Below, piece by piece: positions 35,547 through 43,762 of a DNA stretch of 64,000 nt. This stretch comes from Patescibacteria group bacterium (GTDB lineage Bacteria; Patescibacteriota; Minisyncoccia; Phycocordibacterales; UBA1550): assembly GCA_038062675.1 (NCBI GenBank), contig JBBTWP010000004.1, positions 6,751 to 70,750 on the forward strand, given 5' to 3'. The notes beneath the pieces are model-generated. The model was not told where the DNA came from. It ran no database searches and saw only the letters and a list, made by a program, of their open reading frames with translations. The translations under genes and the position numbers were made by a program. Numbering within the stretch: position 1 is the first letter of the stretch; each line of letters starts with the position of its first letter.

Positions 35547-36770
35547 ATGGCAATATTTACTTATGAAGCATATGATGGTTCCGGCGCTGTTCTTCGGGGG
35601 GAGTACGAGGGCTCTTCTCAAGACGAGGTGTCGCAGTATCTTTTCAAGAGAAGTCTTACGCCCATTTCTATCACCATGCTTTCTGGTAAGCACGGTGGCA
35701 TGCAGAAGTTTCTATCTTCTTCCCCGTTTGAGAAACTTGATGCTGTTGATGTAATGTTCTTGGTACGAAACCTCGCCACGACCGTTAAGGCTGGGCTTTC
35801 ATTGATGGAGGCACTCGATATTCTTATTGCCGATGCAGAGAAAAACATTTTAAAGAAAGTGCTCAGGGAGGTGCAGGCCATGGTCAAAAATGGGCAGCAG
35901 CTTTCTGCAGGGTTTGAAGCGTATGCTAGTTCATTCCCTCCTGTTTTTATAGGAATGCTGAAAGCCGGAGAAGGCTCTGGTCAACTCGACAAAACACTTG
36001 CGGAGCTCGGTCGTTATTTGGGTAAAGAATATGCTCTACGGAGCAAAATAAAATCTGCACTGATGTATCCGGTTATTCTACTTGTTGCATCTACGGGAGT
36101 GGTGACGCTTCTTCTTATGTTTGTGTTGCCGCGGCTTACCAAGGCGTTTTTAGCGAGTGGCGTTGAGCTCCCCCTTCTTACTAAATTCTTTCTTGCTTTA
36201 TCCAATGCACTTACGTGGAGTTATGCGCTCGATGGTGTAGTGTTTGTGGTGGCGTTGTGGTTCTTTTTGTATTTTCGTACAACACAACTTGGGAAAAGAT
36301 TTTTCTTTTTTACTATGTCGCATGCACCCGTGGCAAGGGATTTGGTAAAAAAGGTCGCGCTCGTACGTTTCTCTCGCACGCTCTCAAATCTTATTGGTAG
36401 TGGACTTTCGGTTGTGGAAGCACTCGACCTATCGTCGCAATCGATTGGGAATCGGACATATACACTTGCGCTCAATCAGGTAATTATGGAAGTCAAGACC
36501 GGTAGCCCTATTTCCGGCGCACTTGAAAAATTTCCAAAACTTTTCCCGCGCATGCTCGTGAGTTTGGTGGTGGTGGGGGAACGTACGGGAACACTTGGAC
36601 AGATTCTTTCCACTTTTGCCGACTTTTATGAAGAGGAAGTTGACGGCAAGCTTAAAGACCTGACCGCTGCTCTGGAGCCGATACTCTTGCTCCTTATGGG
36701 AGTTTTGGTGGGGTCGATTGCCGTTTCTATTATTCTCCCTATCTATCAACTCGTGGGTAATTTTGTCTAA
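35547..36770 (+). CDS. pilC: Type IV pilus platform protein, PilC/GspF family
   Basis: Two GspF-type repeats and three TM segments. Typical length (407 aa) and position after pilB. Confidence 0.9.
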   Translation: MAIFTYEAYDGSGAVLRGEYEGSSQDEVSQYLFKRSLTPISITMLSGKHGGMQKFLSSSPFEKLDAVDVMFLVRNLATTVKAGLSLMEALDILIADAEKNILKKVLREVQAMVKNGQQLSAGFEAYASSFPPVFIGMLKAGEGSGQLDKTLAELGRYLGKEYALRSKIKSALMYPVILLVASTGVVTLLLMFVLPRLTKAFLASGVELPLLTKFFLALSNALTWSYALDGVVFVVALWFFLYFRTTQLGKRFFFFTMSHAPVARDLVKKVALVRFSRTLSNLIGSGLSVVEALDLSSQSIGNRTYTLALNQVIMEVKTGSPISGALEKFPKLFPRMLVSLVVVGERTGTLGQILSTFADFYEEEVDGKLKDLTAALEPILLLLMGVLVGSIAVSIILPIYQLVGNFV

Positions 36771-36777
36771 ACTTAAT

Positions 36778-37245
36778 ATGCACATACATACAACATCATC
36801 AGGATTTTCAATGTTTGAACTTTTGATTGTCTTGAGTATTGTTGCTGTTTTGGGAGGCGGCGGAGTTGGATTTTATCAAAATTTTTCAAAAGATGTTGAG
36901 CTCAAGACTACGATGCGAGTGATAAATGCCGACTTGCGCACTGCACGAGCAAAGTCTATGGCGCGACAAGACGACCTAAAGTGGGGGGTGCATTTTGTGA
37001 ATGATGGCGCAAATCCACATTATTACGAACTTTTCTCAACTCCTACCGATTATGCGAATGCAAGTATGTCCGTGAGCGCAACCACCACTCTTTCTAAAGG
37101 TCTTACATTTTCTGATCCGAGCTCGGGAACAAAAGACATTATTTTTTACAAAGTCGCCGGCACTACGACAGCGTCCACCGTGGGTGTGACCTCAAGCGCC
37201 GGCACACAGACGCTCACTATTTCGGCGTTGGGGACAATTTATTGA
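36778..37245 (+). CDS. Minor pilin / pseudopilin (prepilin-type N-terminus)
   Basis: MHIHTTSSG|FSMFELLIVLSIVAVLGG with G-1, F+1, E+5. Start at 36778; the track's extension overlaps pilC. Confidence 0.75.
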   Translation: MHIHTTSSGFSMFELLIVLSIVAVLGGGGVGFYQNFSKDVELKTTMRVINADLRTARAKSMARQDDLKWGVHFVNDGANPHYYELFSTPTDYANASMSVSATTTLSKGLTFSDPSSGTKDIIFYKVAGTTTASTVGVTSSAGTQTLTISALGTIY

Positions 37246-37246
37246 T

Positions 37247-37768
37247 ATGTATAAAAAAGTTTCCAATTACGCCTTTATTGATAGCCAAAATCTCAATCTT
37301 GCAATTCAGGATCAGGGATGGAAGCTTGACTTTACCCGTTTTCGAGTATACCTCAAAGAAAAATATGGTGTGACAAAAGCCTTTCTGTTTATAGGGCACA
37401 TCGAAGGCAATAATCATTTGTATATTTCTCTACAGTCAGCTGGGTTTCTTTGTGTTTTTAAACCGACACTCGAGTACAAGGATGGTACAACCAAAGGCAA
37501 CTGCGATGCGGAATTGGTTCTTCATGCGATGATAGAGTATCCTAACTACGACAAAGCGATAATCGTTACCGGAGATGGGGATTTTTATTGTTTAGCCCAG
37601 CACTTGCTTGAAAAAGATAAATTGCAGGCAATTCTTATTCCCAATAAGTTGAAGTTCTCAGGACTTTTAAAGTTTAAGATATTTCGCCCTTATTTGCGAT
37701 TAATGAACGATTTAAAAGAGCTATTAAGGTATAAAAAGAAAAGGCCCTATGAGGACAAAACCTCATAG
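37247..37768 (+). CDS. NYN-domain (LabA/YacP-like, PIN-fold) predicted ribonuclease, paralog 1
   Basis: YAFIDSQNLNL ... KGNCDAELVL ... YDKAIIVTGDGDFYCL: the N-terminal Asp, central Asp and GDGDF acidic constellation of NYN domains. No signal peptide or TM segment. The ATG lies 2 nt after the pseudopilin stop. Confidence 0.8.
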   Translation: MYKKVSNYAFIDSQNLNLAIQDQGWKLDFTRFRVYLKEKYGVTKAFLFIGHIEGNNHLYISLQSAGFLCVFKPTLEYKDGTTKGNCDAELVLHAMIEYPNYDKAIIVTGDGDFYCLAQHLLEKDKLQAILIPNKLKFSGLLKFKIFRPYLRLMNDLKELLRYKKKRPYEDKTS

Positions 37769-37863
37769 GGGGGACTCTTCCGTTGGTGATAGACATAGTA
37801 TACACCTAACAAAAAATGTGTCAACGGGGTATAATGAAAAGAGGATATTTTGAAAAAACCATA

Positions 37864-38550
37864 ATGTTTAATATGCAACATCAAAAATTTAACACGAAAC
37901 ATCTTCTCCGCTCACGTGGCTCACTCCTGCTCGAACTCCTTCTTTCGATTTCTGTGCTCGCAATCATTCTTTCTTTGAGTGCTCAGACGATGCTTGTGAG
38001 TTTGCAGAGTGAAAAAGTTTCGGGCGAGCGGGATGTGGCTGTTGCGCTTGCCAATGAGACACTGGAGGCAGTGCGTGCGGTTGCGGACGAAAAGTGGGTG
38101 AATATTTATTCGCTTACCGGCAAGGGGTCAACTCATTATAAAACTGTGCAGTCTGGGAATGCATGGACATTGGCAACAGGGGACGAAACAATTGCGCTTA
38201 ACAACGCCTCATATACTCGCTATGTGGTAATTGAGAATGTGAATCGGTGTCTCGATGTCGAAGCGGGTGGGGGGCGTAACCTTGCCAGCACTACCGTCGG
38301 TTGCACTCCCTCTACCAACTACCTCGATGACCCTTCCACCCAAAAAGCGACCGTGACGGTGTCGTGGACAGGAGGCAACCCTATCGTCATTAGTGAGTAT
38401 TTTTTCAGGTGGCGAAACAAAGTGTGCAATCAGACTGGATGGACGGGAAATGGAGGTTCGGGGAACAGTGTGGTTTCCTGCACTGATACAACCTATGATA
38501 TTGCCGACTCTGCAATCTCTACTTCAACGGGGACACTTAGGCTTGAATAG
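37864..38550 (+). CDS. Pseudopilin-like protein (prepilin-type N-terminus)
   Basis: ...HLLRSRG|SLLLELLLSISVLAIIL with G-1 and E+5. Start uncertain (37864 or 37873; the track gives 37816). Confidence 0.65.
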   Translation: MFNMQHQKFNTKHLLRSRGSLLLELLLSISVLAIILSLSAQTMLVSLQSEKVSGERDVAVALANETLEAVRAVADEKWVNIYSLTGKGSTHYKTVQSGNAWTLATGDETIALNNASYTRYVVIENVNRCLDVEAGGGRNLASTTVGCTPSTNYLDDPSTQKATVTVSWTGGNPIVISEYFFRWRNKVCNQTGWTGNGGSGNSVVSCTDTTYDIADSAISTSTGTLRLE

Positions 38551-38632
38551 GCTTTGTTTTAGCGAAAGACAACTCGTGGCATTAAAGAGGGGAGATTTAT
38601 TATAGCGAACTACGGAGCGATATAGTATAATT

Positions 38633-41600
38633 ATGTTAATGAATATAAAAAGGCAAATGATTTTGAAAAAAATTTTTGGATACGTCAAAAAATTTTCTAA
38701 ATTTAGTGTCGTTTTTTTGTTAATTGTAACTTTTGGGTTTGCGGATGTTGCAACAGTGGTTTTTGATGGGCTTGGTGCGCCAAAGTTGGCGCAGTGGACA
38801 GCAATCAAGAAAGCAGAAGCAGTGGCGCAGGGAGATGGAGAGATTATATACGGCGATAGTAATGCTAGTCTTGTAAGGAGAAGAGATTGGACAGGAACTT
38901 TCAGCGTGGAGTATGACACCCTTGCTGCTGGAACAGTAATTCGCCATGTTGTCATTAAAGCTTCACCGGTTAGGAATGAAATGATTGCCGGTATACAAAC
39001 CACTGCAGGCACGCTTTACATACAACGCTTTAATGGCACAAGTTGGTCCAATGAGTGGAATGTGACGGTTGGTGATGGAAATCTCCCTCGTTTTGACATC
39101 AGCTTCGAGGGCACTTCTGGAGATATGATGGTGGTGTATACAGGCAACACAGCCACTGACGGACAGGAACTGGTGTATAGAATTTGGAATGGCTCTACTT
39201 GGACTGTTGCGGCCAATTTGGGCTCAACGAGAACGACTGGCATTGTTGACGGTATAGCTATGGAGCGTCGCGGAGGCACTGATGAAATTGCGCTTGTGTA
39301 CGGAGACAGAAACTTCGACCTTTCGGCAAATTTTTGGGATGGTGCAACAAATGCATGGAAGGGGGAGCCGTCGGCAGCATTGGAAACAAGCTTGGCAAAA
39401 GTGGGAACCGCGACGACTCTAACTAACTTTTCTTTTGACCTTGAATTTGAATCCACATCCGGCGAGCTTTTGATTGTGTGGGGTGCTGATGCAGTGTTGG
39501 ACGGCAAGTATGTCACTCGTGGTGCTGGGCCGGCAGGCGCGTGGGGTTCTGTTACCACCAATACGGCTTTTCTTGAAGAGCCGACTGATGTGGAGCTTTC
39601 TGCCGACCCAAACTCAAATTACATTGCGTATGCGAATAGCTCGGATAACGGCGCAGACTCCGATGCCATAGTCTGGACGGGCACTGCGTGGGGGACGGCG
39701 TTTCAAGTTGACGCTTCAAACGACACGGTGGGTGCCGGAACAAGTAACAATGCGGTAAACTGGGTGACGAGTGGTGCCCAGACGCGTGCTGTGCTCACCT
39801 ACGACGATGCCAATGCAGCGGGTGTTGACTGGGCAGTATATAACAAAAATACCAATGCATGGGCTCTCCAAACCGACTGTACTACCGCTTGCTCGTCGCA
39901 ACCACTGAGTGGTGACGATAAGGTTCATCGTTTGCGACGCAATCCGTTTAATCAAGCTGAACTTCTTTTTTTGGGAGTAGATAACACTTCCGATTTATGG
40001 GTGAAAAAATTGGTCTTCGACGGAACTAATTTCACATGGTCAAATGCCGATGGCGGAGTAGCTCTTGAAACTGTGATATCGAGCGTTACCGGTTTTGCGG
40101 CAGATTTTGCATACAATAGGTACATTCCTCCTACGGTTACCACCACCCTTGCGACCGGCTCCGACCCTGCCGCCGCTACTATTGCCCCCGAAGCTGTAAC
40201 GACCGATGTAAATCAGTTTACTCTGCAGACAAGCAGTGGAACGGAAACAGTAACGTCGGTTACAGTGAATCTTTCAACCGGCAGCGGGGTGGATTCGCTT
40301 TATATTACTGATAATACCAATACGGTTTTGGGTTCAATAATCGCGCCGCTGTCGGGGGGCTCTAATGTGGTTGCCGTTTCGGGGATGTCAGCAGGTACAT
40401 CCGCCACAACATTCAAGGTTCGTGTTACTCCCCTGCCTCACAGTTTAATGCCAGCAGTGACGGGTGCAGCATACGCCATCACCGCACCCGTCACTGCATG
40501 GGCGGGGAATGCCACGACACACGCGGGGAGTGATACGAATACCAATGCACTTACAATTGACAATGCATCCCCTTCGGGAGCTACAAGCGCAAGTGGTACA
40601 GCAGGTGACGCAAAGGTAACACTCAACTGGACGACATCGGCGTCCACCGATTTTAGTCGCTCGGTGATGCTCCGGTGGACAGCATCAACGCCGAGTGCAG
40701 CGGTGCCCGAAGAGGGGACGGATTATGCGAATGGGAATACTGTTGGTAGTGGTTCAAAAATTGACTACAATACAGGAGCCAGTCCCATAGGTGTCGCCTT
40801 CGACTCCTCCACCAACTCTGTTTGGGTGGTGAATAGTGGTGGCAATACTGTCACCAAGCTCACCGCTGCCACTGGCGCTTTGGTGGGAACATATACAGTG
40901 GGAAATGCTCCTCGAGATGTCGCCTTCGACTCCTCCACCAACTCTGTTTGGGTGACGAATACTGGTGGTGGTTCCGGCAATACTGTCACCAAGCTCACCG
41001 CCGCCACCGGCGCCTTGGTGGGAACATATACAGTGGGAACTGGTCCTTTTGGTGTCGCGTTCGACTCCTCCACCAACTCTGTTTGGGTGGCGAATAATGG
41101 TAGTGGTTCCGGCAATACTGTCACCAAGCTCACCGCCGCCACCGGCGCCTTGGTGGGAACATATACAGTGGGAACTGGTCCTTTTGGTGTCGCGTTCGAC
41201 TCCTCCACCAACTCTGTTTGGGTGGCGAATAATGGTAGTGGTTCCGGCAATACTGTCACCAAGCTCACCGCCGCCACCGGCGCCTTGGTGGGAACATATA
41301 CAGTGGGAACTGGTCCTTTTGGTGTCGCGTTCGACTCCTCCACCAACTCTGTTTGGGTGGCGAATAATGGTAGTGGTTCCGGCAATACTGTCACCAAGCT
41401 CACCGCCGCCACCGGCGCCTTGGTGGGAACATATACGGTGGGAACTGGTCCTCGAGATATCGCCTTCGACTCCTCCACCAACTCTGTTTGGGTGGTAAAT
41501 AATGGTGGAAATACTGTCACTAAGCTCACCGCCGCCACCGGCGCTTTGGTGGGAACATATACGGTGGGAACCGGTCCCATAGATGTCGCCTTCGACTCCA

Positions 41601-43132
41601 CCACCAACTCTGTTTGGGTGGTGAATAATGGTGACGATACCGTCACCAAGCTCACCGCCGCCACCGGCGCTTTGGTGGGAACATATGCAGTGGGGGTCAG
41701 TCCCATTAGTGTTGCTTTCGACTCCTCCACCAACTCTGTTTGGGTGGTGAATAATGTTGGCGAAACCGTCAGCAAAGTGGATGCAGTGGGCGCCACGGTT
41801 GTCTGTGTCCGCACTGATGCTGCATCGACCGCCATTACCGACATCAACGGTGCCGGTGGCACCAGCTGTCTCACTACCGCCCTTACGAACGGCACCGCCT
41901 ACAGTTACAAAGTTTTCCAAAAAGACGCAAATGGCAACTATGACGCCGGTGTCGTGCCGACGGGTTCGCCGTTTACACCAGCTGCCATCACAACCACGCT
42001 TGCCACTGGTTCCGACCCTGCCGCGGCAACAATCGCCCCCGGAGCCGTCGCAACTGATGTTGATTTATTTACTTTGCAAACAAGCAGTGGAACGGAAACA
42101 GTAACTTCGGTGACGGTGAACCTTTCGACAAATAGTGGTATCGGTTTGCTCGCCATTACCGACAATGCAAACACTGTTTTGGGGTCGACTGCATCGCCGG
42201 TTACGGGTTCTAACGTTATTACGGTCTCAGGTATGTCAGCAGGTACCACGCTCACCACGTTTAAAGTCCGCGCCACACCTCTCAGTCATGCGCTGATGCC
42301 CGCACCTGCAGGCGGTGCGTACGCCATCACTGCGCCAGTGACAAGCTGGGCGGGAGCAAATACGCACGCAGGGAGTGATACAAACTCCAATGCGCTAACG
42401 ATTGACAACGGGTCGCCTGCTGGCACAACAGGCGCTGGCGCGGTAGCTGGGAACGCACAGGTCACGGTGAGCTGGACGAATCCTGCTGATGCTGATTTTC
42501 AAAAGGTAATTATTTATTGTAAGACCGCAAGCATCACTGAAACGCCAACAGAAGGATCTGATCCAACGGTGGACGTCGCCGCCTGCGACGCAACAGCACG
42601 TGTCAAGTATAATGGTTCAATAAGCCCGCAGATTATCACCGGCCTCACTAACGGTACGTTGTATTATTTTAGAATTTATGCGCGTGACACCAACGGTAAC
42701 TTTACCGCTATTGCATCTACACAGCAGGTTTCTGCTACGCCCGCGGCTGGAGGCGGACTCCCCGTTTCAGGGACACTCACCTCTGGGGTTTTTGACACAG
42801 GAACTGCTGATGGGGCGACGTTTAATTCTATTTTATGGAATGGAACCACTATCGGGACAGGAGCAGTACGCTTCCAGTTTTCGGCATCGAATAGTAGTAC
42901 AGGTCCATGGGACTATAACGGAGCAGGTTCAGGGACATGCGGGGCATTGGACTGGTTTAACCCCGGAGCTCTTGATACCGCTGTGGAGCTAAAGGGTTCT
43001 GGATGCGCAGCGCTTTGGAACAACAAACGATACTATCGTTACAAGGTACAGATTTGTTCCGCCGCAAATTGTACTGATGTTGGTGCTACTAGTCCTATTA
43101 TAAATAAAATTGTTGTCAGTTGGTCACCGTAA
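38633..43132 (+). CDS. Giant (1499 aa) membrane-anchored/secreted surface protein: N-terminal Trp-repeat propeller-like region, module A1, 8 YVTN-type beta-propeller repeats, module A2, C-terminal Ig/Fn3-like region. Candidate pilus-associated adhesin.
   Basis: N-terminal hydrophobic anchor (FSVVFLLIVTFGF). Seven W-containing repeats spaced 50-65 aa apart. Eight repeats of NTVTKLTAATGALVGTYTVGtGPxgVAFDSSTNSVWVaNnG match the 40-residue YVTN propeller repeat pattern. Encoded inside the minor-pilin operon. The exact start (38633 vs 38657) is uncertain. Confidence 0.85.
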   Translation: MLMNIKRQMILKKIFGYVKKFSKFSVVFLLIVTFGFADVATVVFDGLGAPKLAQWTAIKKAEAVAQGDGEIIYGDSNASLVRRRDWTGTFSVEYDTLAAGTVIRHVVIKASPVRNEMIAGIQTTAGTLYIQRFNGTSWSNEWNVTVGDGNLPRFDISFEGTSGDMMVVYTGNTATDGQELVYRIWNGSTWTVAANLGSTRTTGIVDGIAMERRGGTDEIALVYGDRNFDLSANFWDGATNAWKGEPSAALETSLAKVGTATTLTNFSFDLEFESTSGELLIVWGADAVLDGKYVTRGAGPAGAWGSVTTNTAFLEEPTDVELSADPNSNYIAYANSSDNGADSDAIVWTGTAWGTAFQVDASNDTVGAGTSNNAVNWVTSGAQTRAVLTYDDANAAGVDWAVYNKNTNAWALQTDCTTACSSQPLSGDDKVHRLRRNPFNQAELLFLGVDNTSDLWVKKLVFDGTNFTWSNADGGVALETVISSVTGFAADFAYNRYIPPTVTTTLATGSDPAAATIAPEAVTTDVNQFTLQTSSGTETVTSVTVNLSTGSGVDSLYITDNTNTVLGSIIAPLSGGSNVVAVSGMSAGTSATTFKVRVTPLPHSLMPAVTGAAYAITAPVTAWAGNATTHAGSDTNTNALTIDNASPSGATSASGTAGDAKVTLNWTTSASTDFSRSVMLRWTASTPSAAVPEEGTDYANGNTVGSGSKIDYNTGASPIGVAFDSSTNSVWVVNSGGNTVTKLTAATGALVGTYTVGNAPRDVAFDSSTNSVWVTNTGGGSGNTVTKLTAATGALVGTYTVGTGPFGVAFDSSTNSVWVANNGSGSGNTVTKLTAATGALVGTYTVGTGPFGVAFDSSTNSVWVANNGSGSGNTVTKLTAATGALVGTYTVGTGPFGVAFDSSTNSVWVANNGSGSGNTVTKLTAATGALVGTYTVGTGPRDIAFDSSTNSVWVVNNGGNTVTKLTAATGALVGTYTVGTGPIDVAFDSTTNSVWVVNNGDDTVTKLTAATGALVGTYAVGVSPISVAFDSSTNSVWVVNNVGETVSKVDAVGATVVCVRTDAASTAITDINGAGGTSCLTTALTNGTAYSYKVFQKDANGNYDAGVVPTGSPFTPAAITTTLATGSDPAAATIAPGAVATDVDLFTLQTSSGTETVTSVTVNLSTNSGIGLLAITDNANTVLGSTASPVTGSNVITVSGMSAGTTLTTFKVRATPLSHALMPAPAGGAYAITAPVTSWAGANTHAGSDTNSNALTIDNGSPAGTTGAGAVAGNAQVTVSWTNPADADFQKVIIYCKTASITETPTEGSDPTVDVAACDATARVKYNGSISPQIITGLTNGTLYYFRIYARDTNGNFTAIASTQQVSATPAAGGGLPVSGTLTSGVFDTGTADGATFNSILWNGTTIGTGAVRFQFSASNSSTGPWDYNGAGSGTCGALDWFNPGALDTAVELKGSGCAALWNNKRYYRYKVQICSAANCTDVGATSPIINKIVVSWSP
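40775..41785 (+). repeat. Tandem coding repeats (126-135 bp) encoding the YVTN blades; 40970-41420 is a perfect 135-bp x 3.3 array
   Basis: GGTTCCGGCAATACTGTCACC... recurs at 40970, 41105, 41240 and 41375 (exact 135-bp spacing). I saw no substitutions until about 41421. Confidence 0.9.
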
Positions 43133-43167
43133 CAGTTTTAGATATGATAAGCTATAAAAACTAGGCG

Positions 43168-43671
43168 ATGAAAAAAATACTCAATAATTATGCATATATA
43201 GATAGTCAAAACCTGAATCTTGGTATTCAGAAACTTGAATGGAAATTAGATTATCGGAAATTTAGGATATATCTTGCTGAAAAATACAGCGTTAAGAAGG
43301 CATATATGTTTATCGGTTTTGTTGCATTAAATCAATCGCTGTATGACAATCTCCAAGAAGCGGGATTTATTTTGAGATTCAAACCGACAGTTCCGGATGC
43401 TGACGGTAAAATTAAAGGCAACATAGATGCAGACATGGTTTTGCTTGCAACGCTTGAATTAAATGCTTATGACAAAGCGGTTATTGTTTCCAGTGATGGC
43501 GATTTTTATTCGCTCGTGCAGTATTTGCACGAGAATGGTAAATTAAGAGTTGTATTGAGCCCAGACATTAAAAATTGTTCAACGTTGCTTAAGCAGACAG
43601 CAAGAGAAAAGATATGGTTTATGAATGAATTGAGAAATAAACTTGAGTATAAAAAGAAAAGCACCGCTTAA
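43168..43671 (+). CDS. NYN-domain (LabA/YacP-like, PIN-fold) predicted ribonuclease, paralog 2
   Basis: YAYIDSQNLNL ... KGNIDADMVL ... YDKAVIVSSDGDFYSL. Colinear with paralog 1, with roughly half of the residues identical by eye. Visibly AT-rich. Confidence 0.8.
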   Translation: MKKILNNYAYIDSQNLNLGIQKLEWKLDYRKFRIYLAEKYSVKKAYMFIGFVALNQSLYDNLQEAGFILRFKPTVPDADGKIKGNIDADMVLLATLELNAYDKAVIVSSDGDFYSLVQYLHENGKLRVVLSPDIKNCSTLLKQTAREKIWFMNELRNKLEYKKKSTA

Positions 43672-43762
43672 GGATGAAACCTTAAACAGTACTTTCCCTA
43701 GAAATACATTTTAATTATATCAAATGGCTAAATTATGTCAAGCATCAAACAAGCACCGTAAT

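Noticed and set aside
40754-41920. Long antisense and alternative-frame ORFs across the propeller repeats (40754-41920 minus, 388 aa; 40765-41895 minus, 376 aa; 40965-41498 plus, 177 aa).
   Set aside because: They are mirror images of the tandem coding repeats (periodic GGGGELGDSI / PPPPAPWWEH strings). They lack starts with an RBS and overlap a gene with clear domain logic. They are artefacts of repetitive, stop-poor sequence.
40138-42520. Whether modules A1/A2 could be a template-repeat/variable-repeat pair of a diversity-generating retroelement (DGRs often target adhesins in CPR genomes).
   Set aside because: Both copies are in-frame coding parts of the same protein and about 540 bp long. 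The differences are not visibly restricted to adenine positions. No reverse transcriptase or accessory gene is in the window.
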